DNA from: Sandaracinaceae bacterium
GTDB lineage: Bacteria; Myxococcota_A; Polyangia; Polyangiales; Sandaracinaceae
NCBI GenBank assembly: GCA_044220955.1
Contig: JBGAQA010000020.1
Coordinates: forward strand, 25,284-89,283
DNA length: 64,000 nucleotides
Direction of reading: 5' to 3'
This document shows, piece after piece, positions 26,485 to 35,439 of the stretch; within the stretch, counting starts at the first letter, position 1; each line of letters opens with the position of its first letter. The notes below the pieces were generated by a model, which saw only the letters and a program-made list of their open reading frames with translations, made no database searches and had not been told where the DNA came from. The translations under genes were made by a program, and so were the position numbers.

Positions 26485-28124
26485 TCGAAGGAGATGAACC
26501 CGAGGAGGGTGGAGAAGCCGACCGCGAACACGCCGATGGGCGTCTCGAAGCGCAGGCCGACGTCGAAGGTGAGATCCCACGGGAACGCGTCGATCCCGGT
26601 GTAGCCGGCGATGGGACGCGTGAAGAAGCTCGGCTGGGCGAGCACGTAGACGCCCGCGTTCGCGTACAGGAACCCGGAGCGAAGGACCGGATCGCCGCCG
26701 AAGATGCGCACCGCGTACTCGAAGTCGAGCCGCGCGCCGAGGTGGGCGAAGCGCAGCTCGCGGATGGCGTTGCGGAAGAGGTTCGGCGGCCCGCGGTGAT
26801 CGAGGTTCATCTCGAGCATCCGGTTCGGGATCAGGTCGGAGAGGTCGGCCGCGTAGATCTGCGAGAAGAAGGGCACGTCGCCGAACGCCACGGCCCCGAA
26901 GAAGCCGACGCGCAGGCTGTGGTCCCACTCGGGCAGCGGCACCCACTGCCTGAAGACGAGCTCGCCCCGGAAGTAGTCGTAGCTCGAGCCGATGAGCTGC
27001 GACGAGAGATCGACCTGGCCGGTGACGAGCAGGCCGCGGCGAGTGATCGCGGGGTCGTCGCGGGTGTCGAGCGCGACCGAGAGCTCGAGGCGGGAGATCT
27101 CGCTCGTGCCGTCGTGGATCGCGAAGTCGATCGGCACGACCTCCGAGCCGAGCAGCTCGCTGGCCGCGGCGGGGCGGTTGAGCACGTGGACCGCCTCGAA
27201 CTGCCAGCGCGCGAAGAAGCGCAGCTCCGGGCTCACGGGGATGGCGGTACCTACGGAGCCGCCGCCTCGGAAGTAGTCGACGATGGCGTTGCGAGCCGCC
27301 TCGCACATGCCCATCTCCTCGGGACGGCAGACGCCCACGGGCGAGAAGAGCACGTCTTCGTCGCCGAAGAACTCGCGCGCGCGGTTGAAGAATCCCTGGA
27401 TCGAGAGGCCGGCGATCGAGCCCGCGAGCGTCGGGTCGGTCAGCGCGAGCCGGAAGCCCTGCTGCGCGCCCGACACGAGCAGCGAGCCGCGCAGCGCGAG
27501 GCCGGCGCCGAATAGGTTCGTCTCGGCGGCGGTGAGACCGAAGTACGGGTCGATCCGGCTCGCCGCTCCCGTGCGCACGTCCACGATGCCTTCGGAGACG
27601 CCGAGCGCGATGTGCTCGAGCAGGAACGTGTTGCGCTCGACGACCTCGACCGCGAGGACGGCGCGCCCGCGCTGCGTGCCGCGCTCGATCGAGAGCTCGA
27701 CGGACGAGAAGAAGCCCGTCCCGAGCAGCTGATAGCGGCCCTGCTCGAGGCGCGGGTCGGCGGGGTCGAGCGTCTCCCCGACGTGGATCGGAATCAGGTT
27801 GCGGATGACGTCCGTCGCGGTGCGACGGTTGCCGTGAACGCGAATGGACTCGAGGGTGTAGAGGACCTGGACCTCGCCCTCGGCGTCGATGTCGGCGTCG
27901 GCCGCGCTGTCGACCTCGCTGTCGACCTCGCTGTCGACCTCGACCTCGCTATCGACCTCGCTATCGACGTCGCTGTCGACGTCGCTCTCGACCTCGCTGT
28001 CGACCTCGCTATCGACCTCGCTGTCGACGTCGCTCTCGACCGGCGGCGGCTGCGCGTGCGCGACAACAGCCACGCCGAGCACGCCGGCGAGGACGGCCCA
28101 GCGCACGGGTGAGCGGGAGCGCAC
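26481..28124 (-). CDS. Omp85/BamA-TamA family outer-membrane protein with a single POTRA domain (start 28124 or 28106)
   Basis: Signal, POTRA IRVHGNRRT...LLGTGFFSSV...VEVVER, ETNLFG.G, DTRDD, GLRFETPIG barrel end. Confidence 0.85.
   Translation of the reverse strand: MRSRSPVRWAVLAGVLGVAVVAHAQPPPVESDVDSEVDSEVDSEVESDVDSDVDSEVDSEVEVDSEVDSEVDSAADADIDAEGEVQVLYTLESIRVHGNRRTATDVIRNLIPIHVGETLDPADPRLEQGRYQLLGTGFFSSVELSIERGTQRGRAVLAVEVVERNTFLLEHIALGVSEGIVDVRTGAASRIDPYFGLTAAETNLFGAGLALRGSLLVSGAQQGFRLALTDPTLAGSIAGLSIQGFFNRAREFFGDEDVLFSPVGVCRPEEMGMCEAARNAIVDYFRGGGSVGTAIPVSPELRFFARWQFEAVHVLNRPAAASELLGSEVVPIDFAIHDGTSEISRLELSVALDTRDDPAITRRGLLVTGQVDLSSQLIGSSYDYFRGELVFRQWVPLPEWDHSLRVGFFGAVAFGDVPFFSQIYAADLSDLIPNRMLEMNLDHRGPPNLFRNAIRELRFAHLGARLDFEYAVRIFGGDPVLRSGFLYANAGVYVLAQPSFFTRPIAGYTGIDAFPWDLTFDVGLRFETPIGVFAVGFSTLLGFISFE
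27905..28040 (-). repeat. 12-bp tandem repeat (about 11 units) encoding acidic (D/E)S(E/D)V in the Omp85 N-terminus
   Basis: Units such as cgctgtcgacct / cgctatcgacct / cgctctcgacct; protein VESDVDSEVDSEVDSE... Confidence 0.92.
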
Positions 28125-28126
28125 GT

Positions 28127-29275
28127 TCAGCTCGCAGAGAGAAGGTGCGACAGCAGGTAGTACGCGGCAACTCCGGCAGCGATCACCGCGACCGTCCATC
28201 CGATGGGGCCCAGGCCGTCTCCGCCGGGTGGAGGAGCCGAGCGCACCGGTGGGGTGGGCGCCGCCTCCTCCTGCTCTCGCTCGACCGCGTCGTCGTCTCG
28301 TCGGTCGGGCTCCGGCGCGGACTTCTTCTCTGGCTTCTTCTCTGGCTTCTTCTCTGGCTCGTTCTCCGGCGCGAGCGGCTGCTCCGCGCTCGGCGGCTCG
28401 TGGCGCGTCTCGATGCTGGCGGCGTCGGGGGTGCTTCCGGTGCGTGCCTGCCGCGCCACGTGGTCGATCGCGGCGATGGCCGACTCGTCGTCGCCCGCGA
28501 GGTAGGCGATGCGCACGGTGTGCTCCCGCTGGCGGCGGGTCGGTGGCGTGATCTTCGGCATCGCGGCCGGCGGGCGGACGCTCGGGGTCGGCACGCGCGG
28601 CGGGCTCGTCCGCGTCTTGGGCCGCACACGCTCGCGCGTCTCGACGACGTCCGTCAGCGCCACCTCGAACACCTTCAGGAAGTGCTGGCCGGTGTTCTCG
28701 CGCGGGCGCACGAACTGCGTGGTGGGCTCGCGCTCCGAGGGGTCCTCGGCCACCGGAGCTCGCAGCGACGGCGGCACGAGCGCCTGCACGTCCTTGCCCA
28801 CCCGGATGTCGAACGATCCCTCTTCCCACGAGAAGACGCCGCTGAGGTCTGCGTCCTCCTTTCCGTCGAGCTTGATCGCGAGCAGCTCGCCCGCGTCGTA
28901 CACCAGCTCGGCCAGGTTCCCTGCGTGGGCGAGCCGCAGCGTCCCGGTCACGCCCGACTGCTCGCAGTAGTTCATCAGGTCCGCGGGGACGTGCACCTCG
29001 AGCGAGCCGTTCTTGTGCTCGTCGTCGCCTTGCGACACCGGCAGCGAAGGCAGGCGCTGGTGCACGACGTAGTGCCCGCCGCGCGCCTTGAGCATGACCT
29101 CGACGGGGTCGGACCCGTCCGTCATCGCTTCCTGGTCCAGCGCGATCTGGCCTGCGATGATCGCGACCTCGCCCGCACGACCCGCCGTGGTGAACCGAAG
29201 GCGTCCGGTGATCCGGCGCGCCTCGATCTCCCTCAGGACGTCGAGCATCCCCCCGTCGGGGATCTCTCCGCTCAT
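28127..29275 (-). CDS. DUF4388/PatA-N-like domain protein with C-terminal TM
   Basis: Two LLxxxE..TG.L modules (..ITGRLRF, ..VTGTLRL...FSWEEGSF), Pro-rich linker with PEKK x3, C-terminal TM. Confidence 0.65.
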   Translation of the reverse strand: MSGEIPDGGMLDVLREIEARRITGRLRFTTAGRAGEVAIIAGQIALDQEAMTDGSDPVEVMLKARGGHYVVHQRLPSLPVSQGDDEHKNGSLEVHVPADLMNYCEQSGVTGTLRLAHAGNLAELVYDAGELLAIKLDGKEDADLSGVFSWEEGSFDIRVGKDVQALVPPSLRAPVAEDPSEREPTTQFVRPRENTGQHFLKVFEVALTDVVETRERVRPKTRTSPPRVPTPSVRPPAAMPKITPPTRRQREHTVRIAYLAGDDESAIAAIDHVARQARTGSTPDAASIETRHEPPSAEQPLAPENEPEKKPEKKPEKKSAPEPDRRDDDAVEREQEEAAPTPPVRSAPPPGGDGLGPIGWTVAVIAAGVAAYYLLSHLLSAS

Positions 29276-29347
29276 GGCAGGCTCGGACACCAGACGCGAT
29301 TTGCGCCCGGGCTCGCCTCCCCTGTCAAGACGAGATACGACCCGTCC

Positions 29348-29896
29348 ATGCGCCTGGGCGTCGTTCTCCTGTGCCTGTCGCTCGCCGCATGCGGCGGCGC
29401 AACCGCGACCGCGTCGTCACCCCGACCGGCGGAGGGCACCGGCGGAGCCGAGCGCCCGGGGTGTGACCGGGTGGCGAGCGCGGCTCGGACGCTCGGAGGC
29501 TGCCGGGGGACACACGCCGCCGACCCAGGCTGGCCGGCGCGCGGCGCGTACGACGCCCTCGTCCCACGCCTGACGTCCCACCTCGCCTCGCTCGAGCCCG
29601 CGCGACCGGTCACGAGCGACGAGGTCGAGCCCCTGGCCGAGGCGAGCTGGGACCTGCTCGATCAGATCACGATCTCGCCCGGCACCGAGCCGGCGCGCGG
29701 TCGCGCGGAGACGGCCATCGAGCGCCTGCTCCGCGAGCGCGAGCCGGACGCGGCTCCCGGCGCCGCGATCGAGGTGCTCGGCGCCGTGACCCAGCTCGCC
29801 GCGGTGGCCGACCCGACGGGTGGCGCCGATCCCTGCGCCGCCGAAGCGCTCGCGCTGGCACAGGCTCGTGCCAGCGGGGATGTGTGCGAGGAATGA
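29348..29896 (+). CDS. Hypothetical lipoprotein
   Basis: MRLGVVLLCLSLAAC lipobox; first gene of a run with 29900. Confidence 0.6.
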   Translation: MRLGVVLLCLSLAACGGATATASSPRPAEGTGGAERPGCDRVASAARTLGGCRGTHAADPGWPARGAYDALVPRLTSHLASLEPARPVTSDEVEPLAEASWDLLDQITISPGTEPARGRAETAIERLLREREPDAAPGAAIEVLGAVTQLAAVADPTGGADPCAAEALALAQARASGDVCEE

Positions 29897-29899
29897 CCC

Positions 29900-30781
29900 A
29901 TGCGTGAAGGAATCCCCAGCATCACGGCCGCCGCGGTCTCGCTCTTCCGCGGCATCGCGAGCCTGCCCGGCTCGCCCGTCGACTTCGCCAACGACCCGGG
30001 GATGCGCGCGCTCGTGCCGGGGCCAGCCCGGGTGATGCTCGGCGCGCTGGGGGCCCTGGCGGGTCGTCGTCCCCGCGTCCACGACGTGCTCGCGGCCTCG
30101 ACCTTCGGGCTCCTGCAGCACGTGGCGCTGCGCACCGCGGCGATCGACGCGGCGATCCGCGAGGAGCGTGCGGCGGGGATCCCGCAGCTGGTGATCCTCG
30201 GTGCGGGCCTCGACGCGCGTGCGTTCCGCATGCCCGAGCTCTCGCAGAGCGTCGTGTTCGAGGTCGACTTCCCCTCGACGCAGGCGCTGAAGCGGGCCCG
30301 GGCGCGGGATCTGGTGCCCGCCGCGAAGGAGCTGCGCTGGGCCCCGATCGACTTCGAGAAGGATGCCCTGAGCGACGTGCTCGAGCGCGCCGGGCACCGG
30401 ACCGACCAGCGCACGGTGTGGATCTGGGAGGGCGTGACGATGTACCTGCCGGAGGCCGCGCTCGACGCGACCTTGGCCGTCGTGCGCGATCGCACCCGTC
30501 CCGGCGGGGCGCTGCTCGTCACGTACGCGACGCAAGAGCTGGCCTCGATCCTCGAAGGCCCGCTCGCGCCCCTCGAGCCCGTCGTGGACTTCGCGTTCGG
30601 GCTGCTCGGCGAGCCCCTGCGCGGCCGCATGTCGTCCGAGCGCGCGAGAGAGAAGCTGGACGCGTTCGGGCTCGAGGTCGTGAGCGACACGGGCCCCGAC
30701 GCCTGGGCGCGCGCACACCTGCGCGGCCGACCCTCCCGCCTCACCGTGGGCGAGCGCCTCGCCCGGGCGCGGCGACGATGA
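29900..30781 (+). CDS. SAM-dependent methyltransferase (LCM/TIGR00027-like)
   Basis: LRTAAID, QLVILGAGLDARAFR, FEVDFP, WIWEGVTMYL. Confidence 0.9.
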   Translation: MREGIPSITAAAVSLFRGIASLPGSPVDFANDPGMRALVPGPARVMLGALGALAGRRPRVHDVLAASTFGLLQHVALRTAAIDAAIREERAAGIPQLVILGAGLDARAFRMPELSQSVVFEVDFPSTQALKRARARDLVPAAKELRWAPIDFEKDALSDVLERAGHRTDQRTVWIWEGVTMYLPEAALDATLAVVRDRTRPGGALLVTYATQELASILEGPLAPLEPVVDFAFGLLGEPLRGRMSSERAREKLDAFGLEVVSDTGPDAWARAHLRGRPSRLTVGERLARARRR

Positions 30782-31398
30782 AGCTCGCGGGCCTCTATGC
30801 GATCCTCGACCCTGCCGCCTGCCGGGGCCGCGAGCCTCTGGTCGTGGCCGAGGCGATCCTGCGTGGCGGGTGCGCAGCCCTGCAGCTGCGCGACAAGACC
30901 GCGGGCGACGGCGAGGTGCTGGCGCTCGCTCGCGCGCTGCGGGCGCGTGCGCGTGCGGCGGGCGTGCCCTTCGTCGTGGACGATCGGCTCGACGTCGCGA
31001 TCGCCTGCGAGGCCGACGGCGTACACCTCGGGCAGGACGATCTGCCCATCGCGGTCGCGAGGGCCCAGGCGCCGTGGCTGCAGGTGGGGATCTCCACGCA
31101 CGACGAGGCGCAGCGCGCGCGCGCCGAGCGGGAGGGCGCCGATCTCGTGGGCTTCGGCCCGGTCTTCCCGACGACCAGCAAGGAGCGCCCCGACGCGCTC
31201 GTGGGCCTCGCCGGCGTCGAGAGGGCCACGCGCGCATCTTCGATCCCGGTGGTGGCGATCGGCGGGATCGACCTGTCGCGCGCCCCGGCGCTGCGCGCGC
31301 ATGGCGTCACGCTCGCGGCGGCGATCTCGGCGGTGTGCGCGGCCGACGACCCCGAGGCGAGCGCACGCGCGCTGCATCGCGCGCTCGGGGGCACGTGA
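30778..31398 (+). CDS. thiE: Thiamine-phosphate synthase
   Basis: LQLRDK, DDRLDVA, ADGVHLGQDD, GISTH, GPVFPTTSK, VAIGGI. Confidence 0.93.
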   Translation: MKLAGLYAILDPAACRGREPLVVAEAILRGGCAALQLRDKTAGDGEVLALARALRARARAAGVPFVVDDRLDVAIACEADGVHLGQDDLPIAVARAQAPWLQVGISTHDEAQRARAEREGADLVGFGPVFPTTSKERPDALVGLAGVERATRASSIPVVAIGGIDLSRAPALRAHGVTLAAAISAVCAADDPEASARALHRALGGT

Positions 31399-31982
31399 TC
31401 GTCGAGCTCGCGCTGCTCGCGGCGGCCGGGAGCGCGCTGCTCGGTGTCGCGAGCGCCGTCCGTGCGCGCCGCTCGCGCACCGCCGCGAGCACGAGCGAGC
31501 TCGGCAAGGCGCTCGCGGCCGCGCGCGCGCTGGATCGGGGCCTCGTCAGCGGCGACGTCCTGATGATCCCGGGCGAGGAGCTCGCGCTCGGCGGCGCGCT
31601 CCACCTCCACGAGGGAGGCCCGGTGCTGCGAGCGTTCGCGCTGGTCGGCGGCGAGCGCGATCGATGGCTCGTGCAGCTGGACGAGGCCGGGCGCGACCTC
31701 GTGCTCGCCCGCGAGACCGATCTCGTCGGGGACGGCCACGTCTCGTCCGAGCTCGCGGCGTTCGGGCGCGTGCTCACGCTGGAGCGGCGCGGCACGGCTC
31801 GCGTGTCGGCCACCGGCGAAGACGTACCGAGGGCCGACGGCGCGCTGGCCCCCTACGTCGTCCTCGGGGAGCGCGGCGGTCGCGCCGTGATCGTCCTGGA
31901 CCTTCCGGGCCGCCGCGTCGCGCTCGCGGGGGAGCGGCTCGATCCGCGCGTCGTGGACCGCCTCGGCGGCGGCGCGCGCTGA
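31395..31982 (+). CDS. Hypothetical membrane-anchored protein
   Basis: GTGA coupling to thiE, N-terminal hydrophobic helix. Confidence 0.55.
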   Translation: MIVELALLAAAGSALLGVASAVRARRSRTAASTSELGKALAAARALDRGLVSGDVLMIPGEELALGGALHLHEGGPVLRAFALVGGERDRWLVQLDEAGRDLVLARETDLVGDGHVSSELAAFGRVLTLERRGTARVSATGEDVPRADGALAPYVVLGERGGRAVIVLDLPGRRVALAGERLDPRVVDRLGGGAR

Positions 31983-32028
31983 GCGGGCCTTGCCCGCCGG
32001 GCGGGGGTGCGTAGCTGACGGGCAGATC

Positions 32029-32367
32029 ATGTCCACGAAGGCCGAACAGAAGCGGTATGCCGACGAGCGCAAGCACCCGAGCAAGCGGGACGCGAAGCCT
32101 GCACGCACCAGCCGGAGCGGCGAGCCCGGCGAGCACCCGAACGCGCACGCGGCCAAGAAGGCGGCCTACGCGCTCGAGGCACGCTCCGCCGACGGTCGGG
32201 CGTCGCGCGAGTCGACGCGCAAGAGCGCGAACCACCAGCGCAACGATCAGGGCAAGCTCACCCGCGAGGCCATCGCGGGGCGCTCACCGGAGAGCGTGCA
32301 CGAGCGCGCCGCCGCGAAGGCACTGAAGACGACCGCCGCCCGCGTCCCGAAGAAGGGCCGGCGCTGA
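32029..32367 (+). CDS. Small basic hydrophilic hypothetical protein
   Basis: Lys/Arg-rich, AAG-biased codons, SRESTRKSANH motif. Confidence 0.6.
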   Translation: MSTKAEQKRYADERKHPSKRDAKPARTSRSGEPGEHPNAHAAKKAAYALEARSADGRASRESTRKSANHQRNDQGKLTREAIAGRSPESVHERAAAKALKTTAARVPKKGRR

Positions 32368-32407
32368 GCATCGATCGCGAGCGCCGGCCTCTCGGGCGGG
32401 GTCGGGA

Positions 32408-35353
32408 TCACTCCGTGACGGTGACGGTCTCGTCGGCGCGCACGCGATAGGTGGTGTGCATGTAGGCGTCGAGATCGAGCAGGAACTGCTCCATCTGAGC
32501 CCCGTTCGGCGTGCTCTCGGGCGCGTCCGTGTAGAACGTGCCGCGCAGGCACTCGGAAGGCAGGCAGCGCCCGTCGGGGAAGACGAAGATCATCTTCGGC
32601 ACGCGGCGCGCCTCCGGGATCGACGGCATGATCATGTAGTTCCACATGATGTTGCCGATCGCCTGCAGATCCATCGGCGCCATGCCGTAGCCGTGCAGGA
32701 AGTACACGATCGGGTAGCGCACGCCGGCGTTCTCGGGGTCGTGGTAGCCGGGCGGCAGCACGATCGTGACCTGGCCGGTGCGGCCGGTGGTCGGCGCGGT
32801 GAAGTCCTGCGTGAGCGTGTTGATGTGCGGACACGCGGGGCCGAGCGCCGTGCACACGCGATCGTTGACGATCGCGCGGTCCACGTTGGGCCATCGCGCG
32901 CTCATCATGCCGACGGACGAGAAGAAGCGGTGCAGCAGCTGATTGGGCGTGCCGACGTGGCCACCGTCGCCTGCGATCAGCTCGTCCTCTGCCGCGTCGA
33001 TCGAGCCGTAGCGCACCAGCGTGTAGCGCCCCGTCTCCTCCCAGGGGACCTCGTTGAACGCGAAGCTGGCCTCGCACGTCGAGCCGTTCCAGCTGCACAG
33101 CTCCTCCGCGTTGCACGTCGCCATCGACGCGAGCGCCGCGCACGTGCCCACGCGCCCGTCGAGGTGGAGCCCGGCGTGGTGGTTGTAGTAGCGCACCGGG
33201 ATGTCGCGCGCCGCGAAGCCGCCCAGCGTGTGGTGCCCCTGCACGACCCAGTTGAAGAGGTCGCGGACGCCACCGTCGGCGAAGAAGTCGAGCTGGTCGA
33301 GCGTCGCGAGCGGATAGCCCGGGTGCACCACGTCGCCGTTGCCGCGGTAGCCGCGGGTCAGGCCGCGCGGGCTCGTCCCGATCATGCGGTCGGCGCCCAT
33401 CGCCATGTCGAAGTGGCCGTTGCCCTCGCCGTGGTCGAACCCGCCCGCGCCGACCTGCGGCGTGCCGGCGATGCCGTCGAGCCCGACGTCGTCGTAGCTC
33501 TCCGAGCTGCCGCCGCCGCAGTCGTCGCGCTCCCAGTTCCCCTCGGTCCCGTTCGGGTTGTACTGGAAGTCGTAGTCGTCGCCGGCCGGGTCGCGGTTCG
33601 TCACGCCGTCGTAGCCGGCCTCTGCGCTCGAGGGCACGCCGTCGCATCCGGTGTCCTCGAAGGGCTCGTGGCCGTTGCGGATGACCGGCTCGCCGGGGTC
33701 GCGCACGCCGTTGCCGTTCACGTCGACCGCGAGCGCGACCTCCATCGGGACGCGCTGGGTCCCCGTGGGGTCCCAGTTGCCGGTGTCGCTCTGGCAGCGG
33801 GTCGAGCTCGCCGTGCAGTGTCCGAGCGTGTCCGGGTCGAAGTCGCGTCGCTCGGCGCCGTCGCAGAACGGGATGACGTCGTAGTGCCCGTCGGGGTTGT
33901 ACTCGTCGTCGAAGAACCCCGTCGCGTTGTCGGCGTCGCCGCCCGCGGGCTCGCCGTGGATCGTGAGCGGCGCGAGGTTCGCGGCCATGCAGCGCGCGTC
34001 GTCGCTCATCATGCGCGTCGAGTCGGGGATGCCGGGCGGCGTGAGATCGGGGAAGGTCGGATCGTCGCTCGTGTCGGTGTTGGCGTTACCGAACATCGCC
34101 GTGAGATCCCGGAAGATCGAGATGTAGTCCTCGCGGTTGAAGTGCCCGCCCTGGCCGTCGTAGCCGTCCTCGTACCACCAGTTCTCGAAGTGCTGGGTGT
34201 GCTCGTAGAGCTCGCCCCGGTCCGGCGCGTGCGCGAGCGAGGCGCCGGCGGCGCACCCCGTGGGATCCGTGGCGCGCTCGGCCTCCGTGCAGAACCCGCC
34301 GATGTGGTAGCGGTGGATGTACTCGAGCAGGTAGATCCAGTCGGTCGGTCCGCCGAGCGGCGCGACGAAGTCGAACATCTCCGGGTGGCCCATGCCGATG
34401 CGCCCCGAGCCGCTGCCGCCCATCGAGAAGCCCATGATGCCGCGGTAGTGGAAGGTGCGGCTGACGGTGCGGGGCACGTCGCTGCGCACGACGGCCTGGT
34501 AGGTGCCCAGGCGCGGTGCCTGGAAGCGGAACATGCCTCCGCCGGCGCTCCCTTCGAAGACGGGCGTCGCGATACCGACGACGCGCGGCGCCGAGATGCC
34601 GGGCCCGGTGTACGACACCTCCACGTGCCCGCGGTGCGCGTCGGAGGGCAGGAGCGAGAGCGAGATCGGGATCGCGAAGTCGATCTCCCGGCGGAAGCGC
34701 GAGGCCGTCGCGCTCTGGAACGACACGGCCGGGCCGAGCGCGACGTAGCCGGACGGCAGCTGGTCGGCCGCGCACGCCACGCTCACGGCGAAAGGGTCGA
34801 CGTGGTAGATGCCGTCGCGCGAGGCGCCGCTCACCATGCTCACGCCGGAGCCCGCGAGCGTCGTGCCGCTGGCGACGGCGACGGGCGCGCCGCCCGCCGT
34901 GACCATTCCGCTGGCGGTGCCGGCGCACGCGGGGAGCGTCGGCGAGGTCACGACGACCTCGATGTCCGCCGTGCACGGCGAGGCCCCCGGGCTCTCGGCG
35001 TGCAGCGTCACGGTGCCGACGGCGGTGCCGGTCACCCGCACCAGCACGCGCGAGCGACCCGCGGGGATCGTCACGCTCGATGGCACGTCGATGATGCCCG
35101 GCATGCTCGTGGTGAGGTTCACCGGGAAGTCGAAGGGCGCGTCCGCGCGGGAGTCGAGGTAGGTGTGGCGCGCGCTCGTCGGGACGACGCCGATCGTCGT
35201 GTGCGTGAACGAGAGCGAGTTGATGAGGTCGCGACAGCTCGAGGCTCCGGCATCCACGCCGGTGCCTGCGTCGCCGGCGGGGGGCGGCGGGTTGTTGCAG
35301 GACGGCAGGAGGAAGTGAGCGAGCGCGACGACGACCACACTGCGGATGCGCAT
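32408..35353 (-). CDS. Large lipoprotein alpha/beta-hydrolase (esterase-like), apparently circularly permuted
   Basis: LPSC lipobox; GFSMGG elbow followed by HPEMFDFVAPLGG; GDGGH; C-terminal VLPPGY..RYPIVYFLHGYG..IFVFPDG. Confidence 0.8.
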   Translation of the reverse strand: MRIRSVVVVALAHFLLPSCNNPPPPAGDAGTGVDAGASSCRDLINSLSFTHTTIGVVPTSARHTYLDSRADAPFDFPVNLTTSMPGIIDVPSSVTIPAGRSRVLVRVTGTAVGTVTLHAESPGASPCTADIEVVVTSPTLPACAGTASGMVTAGGAPVAVASGTTLAGSGVSMVSGASRDGIYHVDPFAVSVACAADQLPSGYVALGPAVSFQSATASRFRREIDFAIPISLSLLPSDAHRGHVEVSYTGPGISAPRVVGIATPVFEGSAGGGMFRFQAPRLGTYQAVVRSDVPRTVSRTFHYRGIMGFSMGGSGSGRIGMGHPEMFDFVAPLGGPTDWIYLLEYIHRYHIGGFCTEAERATDPTGCAAGASLAHAPDRGELYEHTQHFENWWYEDGYDGQGGHFNREDYISIFRDLTAMFGNANTDTSDDPTFPDLTPPGIPDSTRMMSDDARCMAANLAPLTIHGEPAGGDADNATGFFDDEYNPDGHYDVIPFCDGAERRDFDPDTLGHCTASSTRCQSDTGNWDPTGTQRVPMEVALAVDVNGNGVRDPGEPVIRNGHEPFEDTGCDGVPSSAEAGYDGVTNRDPAGDDYDFQYNPNGTEGNWERDDCGGGSSESYDDVGLDGIAGTPQVGAGGFDHGEGNGHFDMAMGADRMIGTSPRGLTRGYRGNGDVVHPGYPLATLDQLDFFADGGVRDLFNWVVQGHHTLGGFAARDIPVRYYNHHAGLHLDGRVGTCAALASMATCNAEELCSWNGSTCEASFAFNEVPWEETGRYTLVRYGSIDAAEDELIAGDGGHVGTPNQLLHRFFSSVGMMSARWPNVDRAIVNDRVCTALGPACPHINTLTQDFTAPTTGRTGQVTIVLPPGYHDPENAGVRYPIVYFLHGYGMAPMDLQAIGNIMWNYMIMPSIPEARRVPKMIFVFPDGRCLPSECLRGTFYTDAPESTPNGAQMEQFLLDLDAYMHTTYRVRADETVTVTE

Positions 35354-35439
35354 ATGCGTGCAGCATACGCGCCCCGGGCCGCGCGCTGGAAGGACGGCGG
35401 CGCGCGCTCGCGCAGGAGCGTGCGCGATCGCAGCCCCTT

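Noticed and set aside
27905..28040. Possible CRISPR array
   Set aside because: Contiguous 12-bp units without unique spacers, in frame within a CDS, and no cas genes nearby.
29900..31398. TPP riboswitch upstream of thiE
   Set aside because: thiE is coupled directly to the methyltransferase, and no CTGAGA-type TPP core was seen upstream of the operon.
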